From NCBI GenBank assembly GCA_045636425.1, contig JAZTXM010000013.1, forward strand, positions 86,500-150,499: a DNA stretch of 64,000 bases. The letters are read 5' to 3'. The notes beneath the pieces were generated by a model. The model had not been told where the DNA came from. It saw only the letters and a list, made by a program, of their open reading frames with translations, and made no database searches. Source of the DNA: Clostridia bacterium. GTDB lineage: Bacteria; Bacillota; Clostridia; UMGS1883. Position numbers and translations under genes: made by a program. Of this stretch, positions 1-9,299 are shown piece by piece (positions within the stretch are counted from its first letter, which is position 1; each line of letters begins with the position of its first letter).

Positions 1-147
1 ACATTGGCCTTTTGATGTTTCAAGACAAACATCTGTCAGCACCTTCGTTTTTTTGTAATCCTTTTTTATGTGTTCAATAGTAATCATAATATTCAATCCT
101 TTGCAAAGGCTGAGTGCTTATTATGCAACTCAGCCTTTTTAACAGTA

Positions 148-2013
148 TTAGTAGCCGTATTCGTAGTCGTATTCGAAATAATCCTCTGATTGAGGCTGTA
201 AATAATATTGAAGTTCCTCATCTGCTTGTGTAATAGCATCGGTTATTTCTCGGGGAGCTCCCGCGGATTTAAGATTTTTACTTAACTTATTAAGACTTAA
301 ACCGGATAACCAATCAAGCGTTTCGCTTTCTTCCCCTACTGAAATATAGTTGTGGGGAATGTCAATTTCTTTTTGTGGGGGTTGAATTTGTGACTTTCCA
401 TTTAACAAAAAGCAAAGTTCGTTGCCCTTAGTTAACGAGAGTGTTACATCTTCTGATTCTTTTGGTTTTATATTTGATTCAAGAGTCAGTTTTAAGTCAG
501 ACACCAACGATGCAATTTCTCCCGTTGCAATGCTCTTTATTTGCTCCTTTACAAAGTCTGTAAGTTCAAGGCTGATTTTGCCATTGAATATTCCATTTTT
601 TGAGTCTTTTGTATTATATTCCGAAACGATTTTTGCAAGCTTGTTTCCTGCGGCGGTTATGTAAAACGTTCCGGATTTTTTATCACCTGAAGTCCTTCCA
701 TTTCCCTCAAGACTTACGGAGCTTAAAAAGCCTGCACCGGCATTAATTTTCATTGCATAATCTTTTCCTGATTCCAATGAAATTGATGAAAAAGAAACTC
801 CGTCCTTCTCAAGCCCGAAACCTACCAAATCTCCTGCATTGTTTACCCAAATGTTAAAGCGGATAAGCTCCTCCCTGTCCCCTTGTGTGTTTTCGGCTTC
901 AGAAATGATTTCGTCGATTCCGAAAATCATTTCTGAATATACACTTTCAAAATCAGCATCAACTGCGTCTAATTCACAAAATTCTCTGATAATATTTTTT
1001 ATTTCATTATCTGTTTTTACTTCTTTCAGAAATGCAACAAGCATTTTCCTAAGGAGCTCCTCATTTACCGATACGGAAAGCTTTGTGCAGCTTTGTTTAA
1101 TATCGCCTGCCTTCAGTTTTTCTGTGTCTTCCGATACATTGTCCACACTGTCGATCACACTGCAAATGTACTTATAGAGTAGACTTTGGGTTGTTTTCTC
1201 ATCAGGGATGAGGTCCATAATCTCGCAAAGAGATTGAAACTCTGCTGAATCCATAAGTGCCTTATACGCATAAAAAGGGTTGTCATAGTAATCATAACTG
1301 TCAAATACAATCTTGATTGCTTTGTTATTAATTTCAGGGATATCAAAGTAAATTCCACTGTCATCTATTGCGGTATTCAAGGAAAGAATCTTTTTTCCGT
1401 TTATTGATGCATCTATTTCAGAAGAAATATCCGTTCCAACTCTGGCAGATTCTCCTGAAAATGTTATCTTTTTAATCCAATCTATCTTATCTGTAATATC
1501 ATCTAATTCGTTCACGTCGGCAGCTTCAAGAATGTCATAAAACCCACTTCCGAATTGAAGTGTTACTTCACCTTTCTCCTTTATATCGCCAAAAAGCGAG
1601 TTTGAGTCTGAAATAGCTGATAAGGTGGCACCAATCTCATCGGTGGAATCCTTTATTTCACGCTTAACAACTACCTTGAAGTAGTCTTCAGGGGAATAAT
1701 AGAGCTTTTGCGCCATGTTTTTGATAACAGGAGCAGCATACACTATTATGGATGACAGCAGTATTAACACTGCGGCAATTATAACAGGTCTGTGCCATTT
1801 TTTACGAGGCTTAGGTGCGGGTGTTGCGGCAACGCTTTCCAAATTTTCTTGTGTCACAACCGGGTGTTGAAGATTTATATTTCCGTCTAAAGCTTCAGCT
1901 TCAATCTTTGGGTCCCCACCTAACAAATCTTCAGTACGATTAACGCGCTTTCCGCACGACTGGCAGAATTTATCGTTTTCATTTAATAATCTTCCGCAAT
2001 TTTCACAAAACAT
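148..2013 (-). CDS. Membrane protein with N-terminal zinc ribbon (hypothetical)
   Basis: 621-aa ORF. N-terminus has CxxC...CxxC (MFCENCGRLLNENDKFCQSCGKR). A hydrophobic TM segment (IIAAVLILLSSIIVYAAP) precedes a large extracytoplasmic region. No catalytic motif recognised. Confidence 0.5.
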   Translation of the reverse strand: MFCENCGRLLNENDKFCQSCGKRVNRTEDLLGGDPKIEAEALDGNINLQHPVVTQENLESVAATPAPKPRKKWHRPVIIAAVLILLSSIIVYAAPVIKNMAQKLYYSPEDYFKVVVKREIKDSTDEIGATLSAISDSNSLFGDIKEKGEVTLQFGSGFYDILEAADVNELDDITDKIDWIKKITFSGESARVGTDISSEIDASINGKKILSLNTAIDDSGIYFDIPEINNKAIKIVFDSYDYYDNPFYAYKALMDSAEFQSLCEIMDLIPDEKTTQSLLYKYICSVIDSVDNVSEDTEKLKAGDIKQSCTKLSVSVNEELLRKMLVAFLKEVKTDNEIKNIIREFCELDAVDADFESVYSEMIFGIDEIISEAENTQGDREELIRFNIWVNNAGDLVGFGLEKDGVSFSSISLESGKDYAMKINAGAGFLSSVSLEGNGRTSGDKKSGTFYITAAGNKLAKIVSEYNTKDSKNGIFNGKISLELTDFVKEQIKSIATGEIASLVSDLKLTLESNIKPKESEDVTLSLTKGNELCFLLNGKSQIQPPQKEIDIPHNYISVGEESETLDWLSGLSLNKLSKNLKSAGAPREITDAITQADEELQYYLQPQSEDYFEYDYEYGY

Positions 2014-2149
2014 AATTATTTCCTCCCTCTTTTTTGGGTTCTCTATAAGATAATTATATTATATTCTTACATATTTTGTCAAGGATTGTATAAAGAATAA
2101 TCAAAGCCAACCGACAAACGGTTGGCTTTGATTATGGGATTAATATATT

Positions 2150-2526
2150 TTAATAATATTTTCTGTCGCTCATATCCTGAACACTGCGAAGTGCTTCACC
2201 GAAACGTTGGAAGTGAACTACCTCGCGTTCTCTCAGGAATTTAATGGGTTCAATTACATCGGGGTCATCTGCAAGGCGAAGAATATTGTCGTAGGTCGCT
2301 CTCGCTTTTTGTTCTGCTGCAAGGTCTTCCGTAAGGTCAGCTATAACATCAGCTTTTGACTGAATGTATGCTGCTGTCCATGGAACACCTGCCGCCGACG
2401 CAGGATAAATACCTGTGTTATGATCAACATAGTATTTATCAAAGCCCGATGCTTTGATTTCTTCGGGGGTAAGGTTGCGTGTTAACTGATACACAATAGT
2501 ACCAATCATCTCAAGGTGGGCAAGTT
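2150..2526 (-). CDS. cotJC: Spore coat protein CotJC (manganese-catalase family), 3' segment of a gene split by an intervening element
   Basis: The translation (...TEELAHLEMIGTIVYQLTRNLTPEE...DLAAEQKARATYDNIL...FLREREVVHFQRFGEAL) matches the C-terminal two-thirds of CotJC / Mn-catalase. The reading frame is open upstream of the annotated Met as far as a stop just inside the element junction. There is no N-terminus here. Confidence 0.75.
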
Positions 2527-2870
2527 CTTCCGTGCCTGAATCCGAGATGATTTTGCTTCCTTATATTTATTGAATCTTTTTTATGTAGCAATCAAGTGTA
2601 AAAGTTAAAATACAAGGTAAGAAAAAGATGATTTTAAGGTTATTTTATCTGGTTTGGGCATAAATCGATTCATCTTACATGTATATTAATGGGAGTAATT
2701 TAATTATTGATGAAAAAACATTCAACGTTGGTTATGTGATAGCAATATTTAGTACTAGTACTAGTCAATAATGACAAAAGAAAGTTGGAATATGTATTTT
2801 ATGTGAAATATATTGTGTTTGGTGGAGAAATATGGTATAATATATAAAAAACAAGGAAGGAAAATGAAAT

Positions 2871-3341
2871 ATGAAAAGAATTGTTGCTATTTTAATGACT
2901 GGATTGATTTTATTAACTTTGTCTGCTTGTGGACATGAACACGATGTTAATGTTGGTATATGTTCTACTTGTGGAGAATTTCAAAATCAAGATTTGGTAA
3001 CATCAATAAAAAACAAACTTTCGGAAGCAAATAGTGAACTTAATATAGCATTGTCGTATATGAGCAGCAGTAATGACAATAATTCAACAGTATATAATGC
3101 CATTATCAATATGCAAACATACATAGATAATTCAAAAACATATTTGAATGAAGCAAAGGATATGTGTGGCGAATATAAAGAATTAAATAGTACAAAAAAT
3201 GCCATAAATACTGCTATTAATAAAATACCATCTATTCCATCAAATAGTAGTACAAGTTCATTAGAGAATTATTTGGACAATTTGAAATTATACGTTGCTG
3301 CATTAGCAGAGGCACAATTAAAAATTTTATATGTTAAATAA
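2871..3341 (+). CDS. Lipoprotein (hypothetical), element cargo
   Basis: Signal peptide with lipobox (LLTLSAC). RBS GGAAGGAAAATG upstream. Asn/Ser-rich mature part. Confidence 0.5.
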   Translation: MKRIVAILMTGLILLTLSACGHEHDVNVGICSTCGEFQNQDLVTSIKNKLSEANSELNIALSYMSSSNDNNSTVYNAIINMQTYIDNSKTYLNEAKDMCGEYKELNSTKNAINTAINKIPSIPSNSSTSSLENYLDNLKLYVAALAEAQLKILYVK

Positions 3342-3358
3342 TTAGGAGTTAGATTGGT

Positions 3359-3769
3359 ATGAAGAAATATTTTTTAGTTGGTTTTATAACTTTAATATTA
3401 TTGGTAATGTGTGGTTGTGGTAATACCCAACACGAATATAAAATGGGGAATTGGTCAACAGCAAGAAATGATGCTGCTGACAACTTAGCAAGTGCACGTG
3501 AAAAATATGTTGGTGAGTATTATTCCTTTACAGGAGAACTGACATATATTGCTGAGGGGTATATTGCAGTTGACGAAGTAAATCCAGGAAAATATACTTC
3601 AGGTGTTACCTGTACTACCAAAGATAAAGATTTGTGTGATATAATTTTAGGCCTTAAAAAAGGTGATATGGTTACAGTAAAGGGAAAGATTACTGACATA
3701 GAACATGATGCATTAGGAAATACTGCTCAAATGGATATGGATGTTTATGAAATTATAGAAAAGGATTAA
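3359..3769 (+). CDS. Lipoprotein (hypothetical), element cargo
   Basis: Signal peptide with lipobox (LLVMCGC). Follows the previous gene after 17 nt. Confidence 0.5.
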   Translation: MKKYFLVGFITLILLVMCGCGNTQHEYKMGNWSTARNDAADNLASAREKYVGEYYSFTGELTYIAEGYIAVDEVNPGKYTSGVTCTTKDKDLCDIILGLKKGDMVTVKGKITDIEHDALGNTAQMDMDVYEIIEKD

Positions 3770-3780
3770 GGAGAATTTAT

Positions 3781-3999
3781 ATGCCTGTAATTTTTAGAGA
3801 TTATTGCACGTGTGGAAAATGCAAAAAAGAGTTTGAATGGGTAAGATTTGACTTGATTAGAACATCATCGTATGAAGTACAAACAATACCTAATGAACCT
3901 AAAGCCTATGTAATTAACCAAGATGGTAACAATTATGAACTTTCGGTTGTATGCCCATTCTGTGATTTTGAAAATATTTTTACTTATGAGGATAAGTGA
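3781..3999 (+). CDS. Small Cys-rich protein (possible zinc ribbon)
   Basis: 72 aa with CTCGKC...CPFCDF. RBS GGAGAATTTATATG. Confidence 0.35.
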   Translation: MPVIFRDYCTCGKCKKEFEWVRFDLIRTSSYEVQTIPNEPKAYVINQDGNNYELSVVCPFCDFENIFTYEDK

Positions 4000-4125
4000 A
4001 AAATTTGTTAAAAGTGACGAATTTTTATGCAGTTTTGATTAATTTTAATTATTTTTAGCATTTAACATTCAACTTAACATTGAGATTACAACATTAAAAA
4101 ATTTCGTCACTTTTTTTCGTTTCTA

Positions 4126-4160
4126 CTTATTGCGAAATTAGAAAAAATGTAGTATAATAT
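4126..4160 (+). promoter_or_regulatory. Sigma-A-type promoter (TTGCGA, 17 nt, TATAAT)
   Basis: The sequence ttgcgaaattagaaaaaatgtagtataat has near-consensus -35 and -10 boxes with a 17-bp spacer. Confidence 0.5.
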
Positions 4161-4164
4161 AATC

Positions 4165-4348
4165 ATAACAGATTTGTTATTGGTCGTATGAGTACGACAT
4201 CGGCACACTTATAGTTGTTATATAAGGTGGTTGATGGTTGGTGGTGGTCTTGCTGATAGGTCAGCAAGTTATATGAGAATTATAATAGAATAATGCCCTA
4301 TGGGGGTTGTTTGAAATGTGCCTTACCTTTGGTTAGGCACATTTTTTG
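4165..4348 (+). ncRNA. Candidate small RNA of about 180 nt inside the cotJC-intervening element
   Basis: A strong promoter (4126-4160) is followed by about 180 nt with several hairpins (gtcgta/tacgac; cttgctga/tcagcaag). It ends in an intrinsic terminator, aatgtgcc...ggcacatt plus a T-run. Only 8- and 19-codon ORFs are present. Confidence 0.3.
4313..4348 (+). terminator. Rho-independent terminator
   Basis: An 8-bp GC-containing stem (aatgtgcc / ggcacatt) followed by tttttgtgc. Confidence 0.5.
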
Positions 4349-4630
4349 TGCTTTTATATAGATAATATTTTTTCAGGGGGTGGTCTATGGCAGAGTGTTA
4401 AATATAAGACCTTTTGAGATTTGTGTTAGCGTTGAGCATCGGTGTCAAATAAGATGTAAAATTTTTTCAACCTAATTAATTTAATGTAGTTATGGGATAA
4501 AAGCGTCAGGTCGTACAAGAGAATTTTATGAATTTATCTTGTATGTGTCATGACAAGTCAGTTGAAGATATTGATGATTTTATGGAATTCAAATATTCCA
4601 GACTATATGAAATAAAGGGGGTGAAATGAG

Positions 4631-5161
4631 ATGTTATATGCTTATTTACTTGAAAATACTAAGAGAATTTATGAAATCAATAATAGACCTTTGTTTGAGT
4701 TGATAAGAGATTGTCACTTAAAGGACGAGCGTATCTTCATTGATTCAATGGGTGCAGATAGAACAGAATTTAAGGAGTTACAGTCAATTATTGCTGGTGG
4801 TGATACATTGATGATTCGTAGTATTATGGATATTGCTGATACGCCTATTGAAATTGTGAATTTGCTTGAATGGTTTGGTAGTCGTGGTATAGAGATTGTT
4901 TCAACACACGAGCCTGACTATGATTATAAAGAAAATTATAATTTAGTAGTAGATGTTATGGGTATGTCAGCAGAATTGACAGAAAAGAAAAGACGTTTAG
5001 GTATAGATAAGGCAAAGTTGGAAGGTCGTATGGGTAGAAAGTCTAATAAGGGAATTAAGGAAAGAGTTTTGAGATTGAAAGCAGCAGATTTTCCAAGGGA
5101 TGAAATTATGAAATTATGTGGTATTAGTTATAGTACGTATTATCGTATGATAAAAAATTAA
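4631..5161 (+). CDS. Resolvase-fold protein with the catalytic residues replaced, plus C-terminal HTH (pseudo-resolvase; possible regulator or directionality factor)
   Basis: Aligns to small serine recombinases (Hin / gamma-delta type) along its length. Arg8 and Ser10 are replaced (MLYAYLLENTKR versus GYIRVSTxxQ), and the DRLGR motif is replaced by MDIADT. The C-terminal helix-turn-helix is retained (ISYSTYYRMIKN). Confidence 0.5.
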   Translation: MLYAYLLENTKRIYEINNRPLFELIRDCHLKDERIFIDSMGADRTEFKELQSIIAGGDTLMIRSIMDIADTPIEIVNLLEWFGSRGIEIVSTHEPDYDYKENYNLVVDVMGMSAELTEKKRRLGIDKAKLEGRMGRKSNKGIKERVLRLKAADFPRDEIMKLCGISYSTYYRMIKN

Positions 5162-5645
5162 GATAATTTGCATCTAATTGCATCCGGATGAGTTAATGAT
5201 GGTCAAAATTAAATAAGATTGAAAAAATATGAATATATTTAATTTTGATATGTCAAGAACATTGTCAAATCAACATTTTTCATTTTGAAAATGATGGCAA
5301 GGGTAAATTGTTGATATAACAATCATTCAAGATGTTTTATAAAAATCAGGAAAATAAAAAGAACAGAATTTAAAAAACAAGGAAAGGAAACTCTAAAAAA
5401 TTTATGATTGGGGGTATCCTTTTGGGTAATAATTCATTTAGACAAGCAATGGCATCATATCTTTATAATGGTGATGTTATGTTTGATTCAAAAAAGAATT
5501 TTGTTCTTTCTACTGATGAAAAGAAAAGATTAACTAGTGATATAAAGATTGGTATATATAAAGAATTAAATAGTAAATCTCTCTTATCTAATGTTCAACT
5601 TTCTTTTCTGTTGGAAAAAGAAAAGAATAAAAATTTTAAAAATTA

Positions 5646-5675
5646 GTTGACTAAAGGGGTTGGTCACGTTAGAAT
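5646..5675 (+). promoter_or_regulatory. Putative promoter of the recombinase gene, with an overlapping imperfect inverted repeat
   Basis: TTGACT, 17 nt, TAGAAT. The elements tggtcacg and cgttgacca form an imperfect palindrome across the -10 box. Confidence 0.35.
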
Positions 5676-5721
5676 GCGTTGACCATCCCAAAGATAAAAT
5701 AGATAAGTGAGGTATAAGATA

Positions 5722-7422
5722 ATGGAATTTTTAAGTAATAGTAAAAATGTTTTAAGAAATTGTGTTTTATTAAATAATGGTATTAGTGATAAATCAAACA
5801 ATATAATTACAAATGTAATAAATGTTGCTGCTTATGCAAGGGTAAGTACAGATGCAGATGACCAAGTAAACAGTTTTGAATCACAGGTAAAATATTTTAC
5901 AGAATATATTAGTAAGCAAGAAAATTGGAATTTGGTTAAGGTTTATAGTGATGAGGGTATTTCAGGAACAAGCACAAAAAATCGTTTGGGTTTTACAACA
6001 ATGATTGATGATGCTTTGGCTGGGAAAATTGATTTAATACTAACAAAAGAGATTTCTCGTTTTTCAAGAAATGTTGCTGATACCATTCAATATACACGTA
6101 TGCTAAAAGAACATAATGTTGATGTGGTATTTTCATTGGATGGTATTGACACGAGAAATAGTGAATCAGAATTCAAACTTACTATTTTTTCTGCATTAGC
6201 ACAAGAAGAAAGCAGAAAGACATCAGAACGTGTCAAGTGGGGACAAAAAAGGCAGATGGAAAAAGGTGTTGTTTTTGGGCGCAATTTGTTGGGATATAAA
6301 GTTAAAGAGGGTAAGTTGTATCTTGTTGAGGATGAGGCTGAAATTGTCAAGTTAATTTTTCACAAGTACCTCAACGAGGGCAAGGGAACTCACATTATTG
6401 CAAGAGAACTCAAAGAAGAAGGCATAAAGCCTTACGACCCTGATGGCAGAGCAAAGTACAAGAATGATTGGAGTAACACTCAAATATTAAGGGTGTTGCG
6501 CAATGAGAAATATGTGGGTGACCTCTGCCAAAAGAAGACATATACAAAGGACTTTTTAGACCACAAAAAGCGTTATAATCGTGGTGTAGAAGAAAAGATA
6601 TACCTAAGAGACCATCATCCAGAGATTGCAATAATCAGTAGAGAAATGTGGGATGCAACACAGAAAGAGTTAGAAAGACGTACTACTACGGCAGAACAGA
6701 AGTCCAAGCATAGTAACAGATATTGGGCATCTGGAAAGGTTTTTTGTGGGGTATGTGGGGAAAGGTTTGTAAACAAGATTAAAAAGACGTCTGTGGGTAG
6801 TTCAAGAGCGTGGAATTGCTTAAATCACGTTAAGGCTGCAGCTTTTAGAAATGCAGAATGTTCTATGAGTGAGTGGGCAAATGATAAAAGTTTAAAGAAT
6901 ATTGTCTTATATATTCTTAATGTTCTTGTAGATAACAAAGAAGAATTAAAACAAGAAATAATCAAGGATATAGCAGATTTAAGCATTGAAGACAAAACAG
7001 GGTCTATTGATAAATTACAAAGCAAGATTGATAAGTTAGAAAAAAGCAAACTCAAGCTTATTGACATAAGATTAGCAGATGAAATAAAACAAGCAGATTT
7101 CTTAATAAAGCAAAAAGAGATTGAAGATGCTATTTCAAAGTTGTATGATGAATTAGATAAGGTAAAAGAGTTAGAGAATATTAAGCAAAAGCAACAAGAT
7201 AGAATGAATAGTATTATTGCTGAAATTGATAGGGTGCTGACCTTAAAGGATGAAGATTTAGACCACCTTTTAGGAACAGTTACACAAAGCATCACAGTAT
7301 ATGAAGGTCATACAGTTGTGGTAAGGCTTAAAGACATCCCATTTAATTTTAAGGTGGCTTATAAGTCAACAGGTAAGTTAGATACATATAGGACGGAGAT
7401 TTTAAGTCTTGAAGTGGTATAA
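5722..7422 (+). CDS. Large serine recombinase (SpoIVCA-like site-specific recombinase)
   Basis: N-terminal resolvase domain with AAYARVSTDADDQ, the catalytic Ser motif. A long recombinase domain is followed by a coiled-coil C-terminus. RBS GTGAGG lies 8 nt before the ATG at 5722. The ORF is open from 5707. Confidence 0.9.
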   Translation: MEFLSNSKNVLRNCVLLNNGISDKSNNIITNVINVAAYARVSTDADDQVNSFESQVKYFTEYISKQENWNLVKVYSDEGISGTSTKNRLGFTTMIDDALAGKIDLILTKEISRFSRNVADTIQYTRMLKEHNVDVVFSLDGIDTRNSESEFKLTIFSALAQEESRKTSERVKWGQKRQMEKGVVFGRNLLGYKVKEGKLYLVEDEAEIVKLIFHKYLNEGKGTHIIARELKEEGIKPYDPDGRAKYKNDWSNTQILRVLRNEKYVGDLCQKKTYTKDFLDHKKRYNRGVEEKIYLRDHHPEIAIISREMWDATQKELERRTTTAEQKSKHSNRYWASGKVFCGVCGERFVNKIKKTSVGSSRAWNCLNHVKAAAFRNAECSMSEWANDKSLKNIVLYILNVLVDNKEELKQEIIKDIADLSIEDKTGSIDKLQSKIDKLEKSKLKLIDIRLADEIKQADFLIKQKEIEDAISKLYDELDKVKELENIKQKQQDRMNSIIAEIDRVLTLKDEDLDHLLGTVTQSITVYEGHTVVVRLKDIPFNFKVAYKSTGKLDTYRTEILSLEVV

Positions 7423-7497
7423 ATAAAAGGGCAAAGCATACTGAAAACAGTAGGCTTTGCCTATCTTTGTATAAAGGAGCAAAATCATCGCTGATAG

Positions 7498-7683
7498 ACC
7501 TATATCATTCAAAGTAGACTTTGTTATTTCGTTAGGCATGCTGAAGCGTTGACTGAGATAACGTAACGATGCTCCGAGTTCCCCGTCGGGGCCACCATAC
7601 TGACTCATTATAATTTGTGCCATTTTAGGGTTTGGGTTTTTTATTTTAATCGGAAACTGTAACTTTTTTTCATATATCCACAT
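7498..7683 (-). CDS. cotJC: Spore coat protein CotJC, 5' segment (N-terminal 62 codons)
   Basis: MWIYEKKLQFPIKIKNPNPKMAQIIMSQYGGPDGELGASLRYLSQRF...TLNDIG matches the CotJC N-terminus. Homology stops at the element junction and the frame runs into element sequence. Confidence 0.75.
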
Positions 7684-7686
7684 AAT

Positions 7687-7950
7687 TTAACTCCTTTCTT
7701 TTTCCCAAGTCCAAGGGTTCTTTGACCATTGCCACGGAAGTTTATTCGGAGTTTGTGTTGCAGTTAATGGTCCGTATTTTTCCTCAAATTCTTTTCTTAA
7801 GGATTTGGCATTGCGAACAGTTTCGGTGTAAAGCTTGAGAGCACGTTCGCAATTGGGGTGAGTGTTAAGATAAAGCTGCAGGTCAAGCGCAAGGAAATCT
7901 GCCTCCTGTACTTTTTTAAGAAGGTCTCGTCTGTCATTACATTCTACCAT
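7687..7950 (-). CDS. cotJB: Spore coat protein CotJB
   Basis: 87 aa. A/FLALDLQLYLNTHP...YGPL...PWTW matches the CotJB family. It lies immediately upstream of cotJC. Confidence 0.8.
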   Translation of the reverse strand: MVECNDRRDLLKKVQEADFLALDLQLYLNTHPNCERALKLYTETVRNAKSLRKEFEEKYGPLTATQTPNKLPWQWSKNPWTWEKERS

Positions 7951-8279
7951 AATTTCCTTGCCCCCTCTTTTGTATTGAATTCATTTCCGTAGACACCTAA
8001 AGGCTTATCCAGGGACGGAAATGCTGTTCCGCGTTCCAATGCCTTTTCCCTACTATACGGATTTTCGTACTTTTGGTACGGAACGTATGCATAGGCAAGC
8101 GGATAATTATCATGAATTCCGCAGGATGCTGTTTCCTCAAGCGGAACAAGCTGCATATTAAGCAAGTCTTTCATGCTGTGTTTTCTTCCTTTCCTAAACG
8201 TTATAGCGGGGAGTTCCCCGCTATTTATCATATTCAACACAGCCTTTTTTTGTGAAATGAAAAACAGACAAGCAATCAT
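7944..8279 (-). CDS. cotJA: Spore coat-associated protein CotJA
   Basis: Contains the AYAYVPYQKY...PSLDKP motif typical of CotJA. First gene of the cotJABC operon; its start may be internal. Confidence 0.6.
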   Translation of the reverse strand: MIACLFFISQKKAVLNMINSGELPAITFRKGRKHSMKDLLNMQLVPLEETASCGIHDNYPLAYAYVPYQKYENPYSREKALERGTAFPSLDKPLGVYGNEFNTKEGARKLW

Positions 8280-8308
8280 ATTGCTTGTCTGTTTTTGTTG
8301 TTTTAGTT

Positions 8309-9274
8309 TTATTTTTTCTGGATAAGATGAACTCCGAAACCACCGAATTCTTCTGCAAGATAGATGAACTTTCTTGTTCCATCGTCATTATATGTAGCAC
8401 TTTCTTCGTTGAACTTAACACCTTTTGCACCAAGATGGTAAATAGCTCTTTCAACGTTATTGGTAAGAATTGCAATATGACCGCACTTTCCGGGACCCAT
8501 TGACTTCATTACCTCGAACTGAGAACCAACGAACATACCCTTTGCACTTTCTTTTTCAATATCCTTACCCATAAGGAGAGAAAGCATATTTGCGGTAGTC
8601 TTTGCCTGCTCCTCACTTTCGTGGTTAATACCGATATGTCCGATTTCAAGACCAAGCATTGTGCTTACGGATTTCTTGGTAAGGTTTGTAATTTCATCCC
8701 ACTGGTCATTATCAATAAAGCTCTCTTTAACCATGAAGCTACCGCCGCAAGCAATAATTTTATTGCAACCGAGGTAATTATTAACGTTGTCAAGACTAAC
8801 GCCGCCTGTGGGCATAAACTTAACGTTGCCATAGGGTGCTGACATAGCCTTAATCTTGTCAAGTCCGCCGCTCTGCTCAGCAGGGAAGAATTTTACAACC
8901 TTAAGACCAAGCTCAAGTGCCTGCTCAATTTCAGAAGGAGTTGTACAACCGGGAAGCGGAGTAACACCCTTTTCAAGACACCATGAAACAACCTTGGGGT
9001 TAAAGCCGGGGCTTACGATAAACTTAGCACCTGCGTCAAGCGCTCTCTGTGCCTGCTCAATTGTGAGAACAGTACCTGCACCCACAACCATATCGGGATA
9101 AGCCTGAGTGATTGCACGGATTGCATCCTCAGCAGCATCTGTTCTGAATGTAACCTCAGCTGCTGCAAGACCGCCGTCAATAAGAGCTTTTGCAAGCGGT
9201 ACAGCCTTAGAAGCATCGTTAATTTTTATAACCGGAATAATACCGATGTTGTAAATCTGTTTTAACATATCCAT
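8309..9274 (-). CDS. eda: 2-dehydro-3-deoxyphosphogluconate (KDPG) aldolase with a C-terminal VOC-like extension
   Basis: The N-terminal roughly 210 aa match KDPG / KHG aldolase (IIPVIKINDASKAVPLAKALIDGGL...FMPTGGV). An extra C-terminal domain of about 110 aa is present. Confidence 0.75.
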   Translation of the reverse strand: MDMLKQIYNIGIIPVIKINDASKAVPLAKALIDGGLAAAEVTFRTDAAEDAIRAITQAYPDMVVGAGTVLTIEQAQRALDAGAKFIVSPGFNPKVVSWCLEKGVTPLPGCTTPSEIEQALELGLKVVKFFPAEQSGGLDKIKAMSAPYGNVKFMPTGGVSLDNVNNYLGCNKIIACGGSFMVKESFIDNDQWDEITNLTKKSVSTMLGLEIGHIGINHESEEQAKTTANMLSLLMGKDIEKESAKGMFVGSQFEVMKSMGPGKCGHIAILTNNVERAIYHLGAKGVKFNEESATYNDDGTRKFIYLAEEFGGFGVHLIQKK

Positions 9275-9299
9275 TGTTTTTTATCTTCCTTTCCCCAAT

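Larger units (their letters stand above)
2527..7497. mobile_element. Intervening element of about 5 kb inserted in cotJC; carries a large serine recombinase (skin-like element)
   Basis: The cotJC N-terminal 62 codons lie at 7683-7498 and the remainder at 2526-2150. Both junctions carry imperfect inverted repeats: TGAATCCGAGATGATTTTGC at 2527-2546 and GCAAAATCATCGCTGATAGA at 7479-7498. The recombinase gene abuts the right junction. Joining the two flanks restores ...TLNDIG-TEELAHLEM.... Confidence 0.7.

Noticed and set aside
422-1364. Small ORFs (422-664, 839-1177, 1155-1364) inside or antisense to the 621-aa zinc-ribbon membrane protein gene
   Set aside because: They are embedded in a longer well-formed ORF on the opposite strand and lack RBSs. 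Typical antisense shadow ORFs.
5404-5646. 80-aa ORF upstream of the recombinase
   Set aside because: Weak RBS spacing and low-complexity Lys/Asn-rich sequence. It overlaps the predicted recombinase promoter region. Left uncalled.
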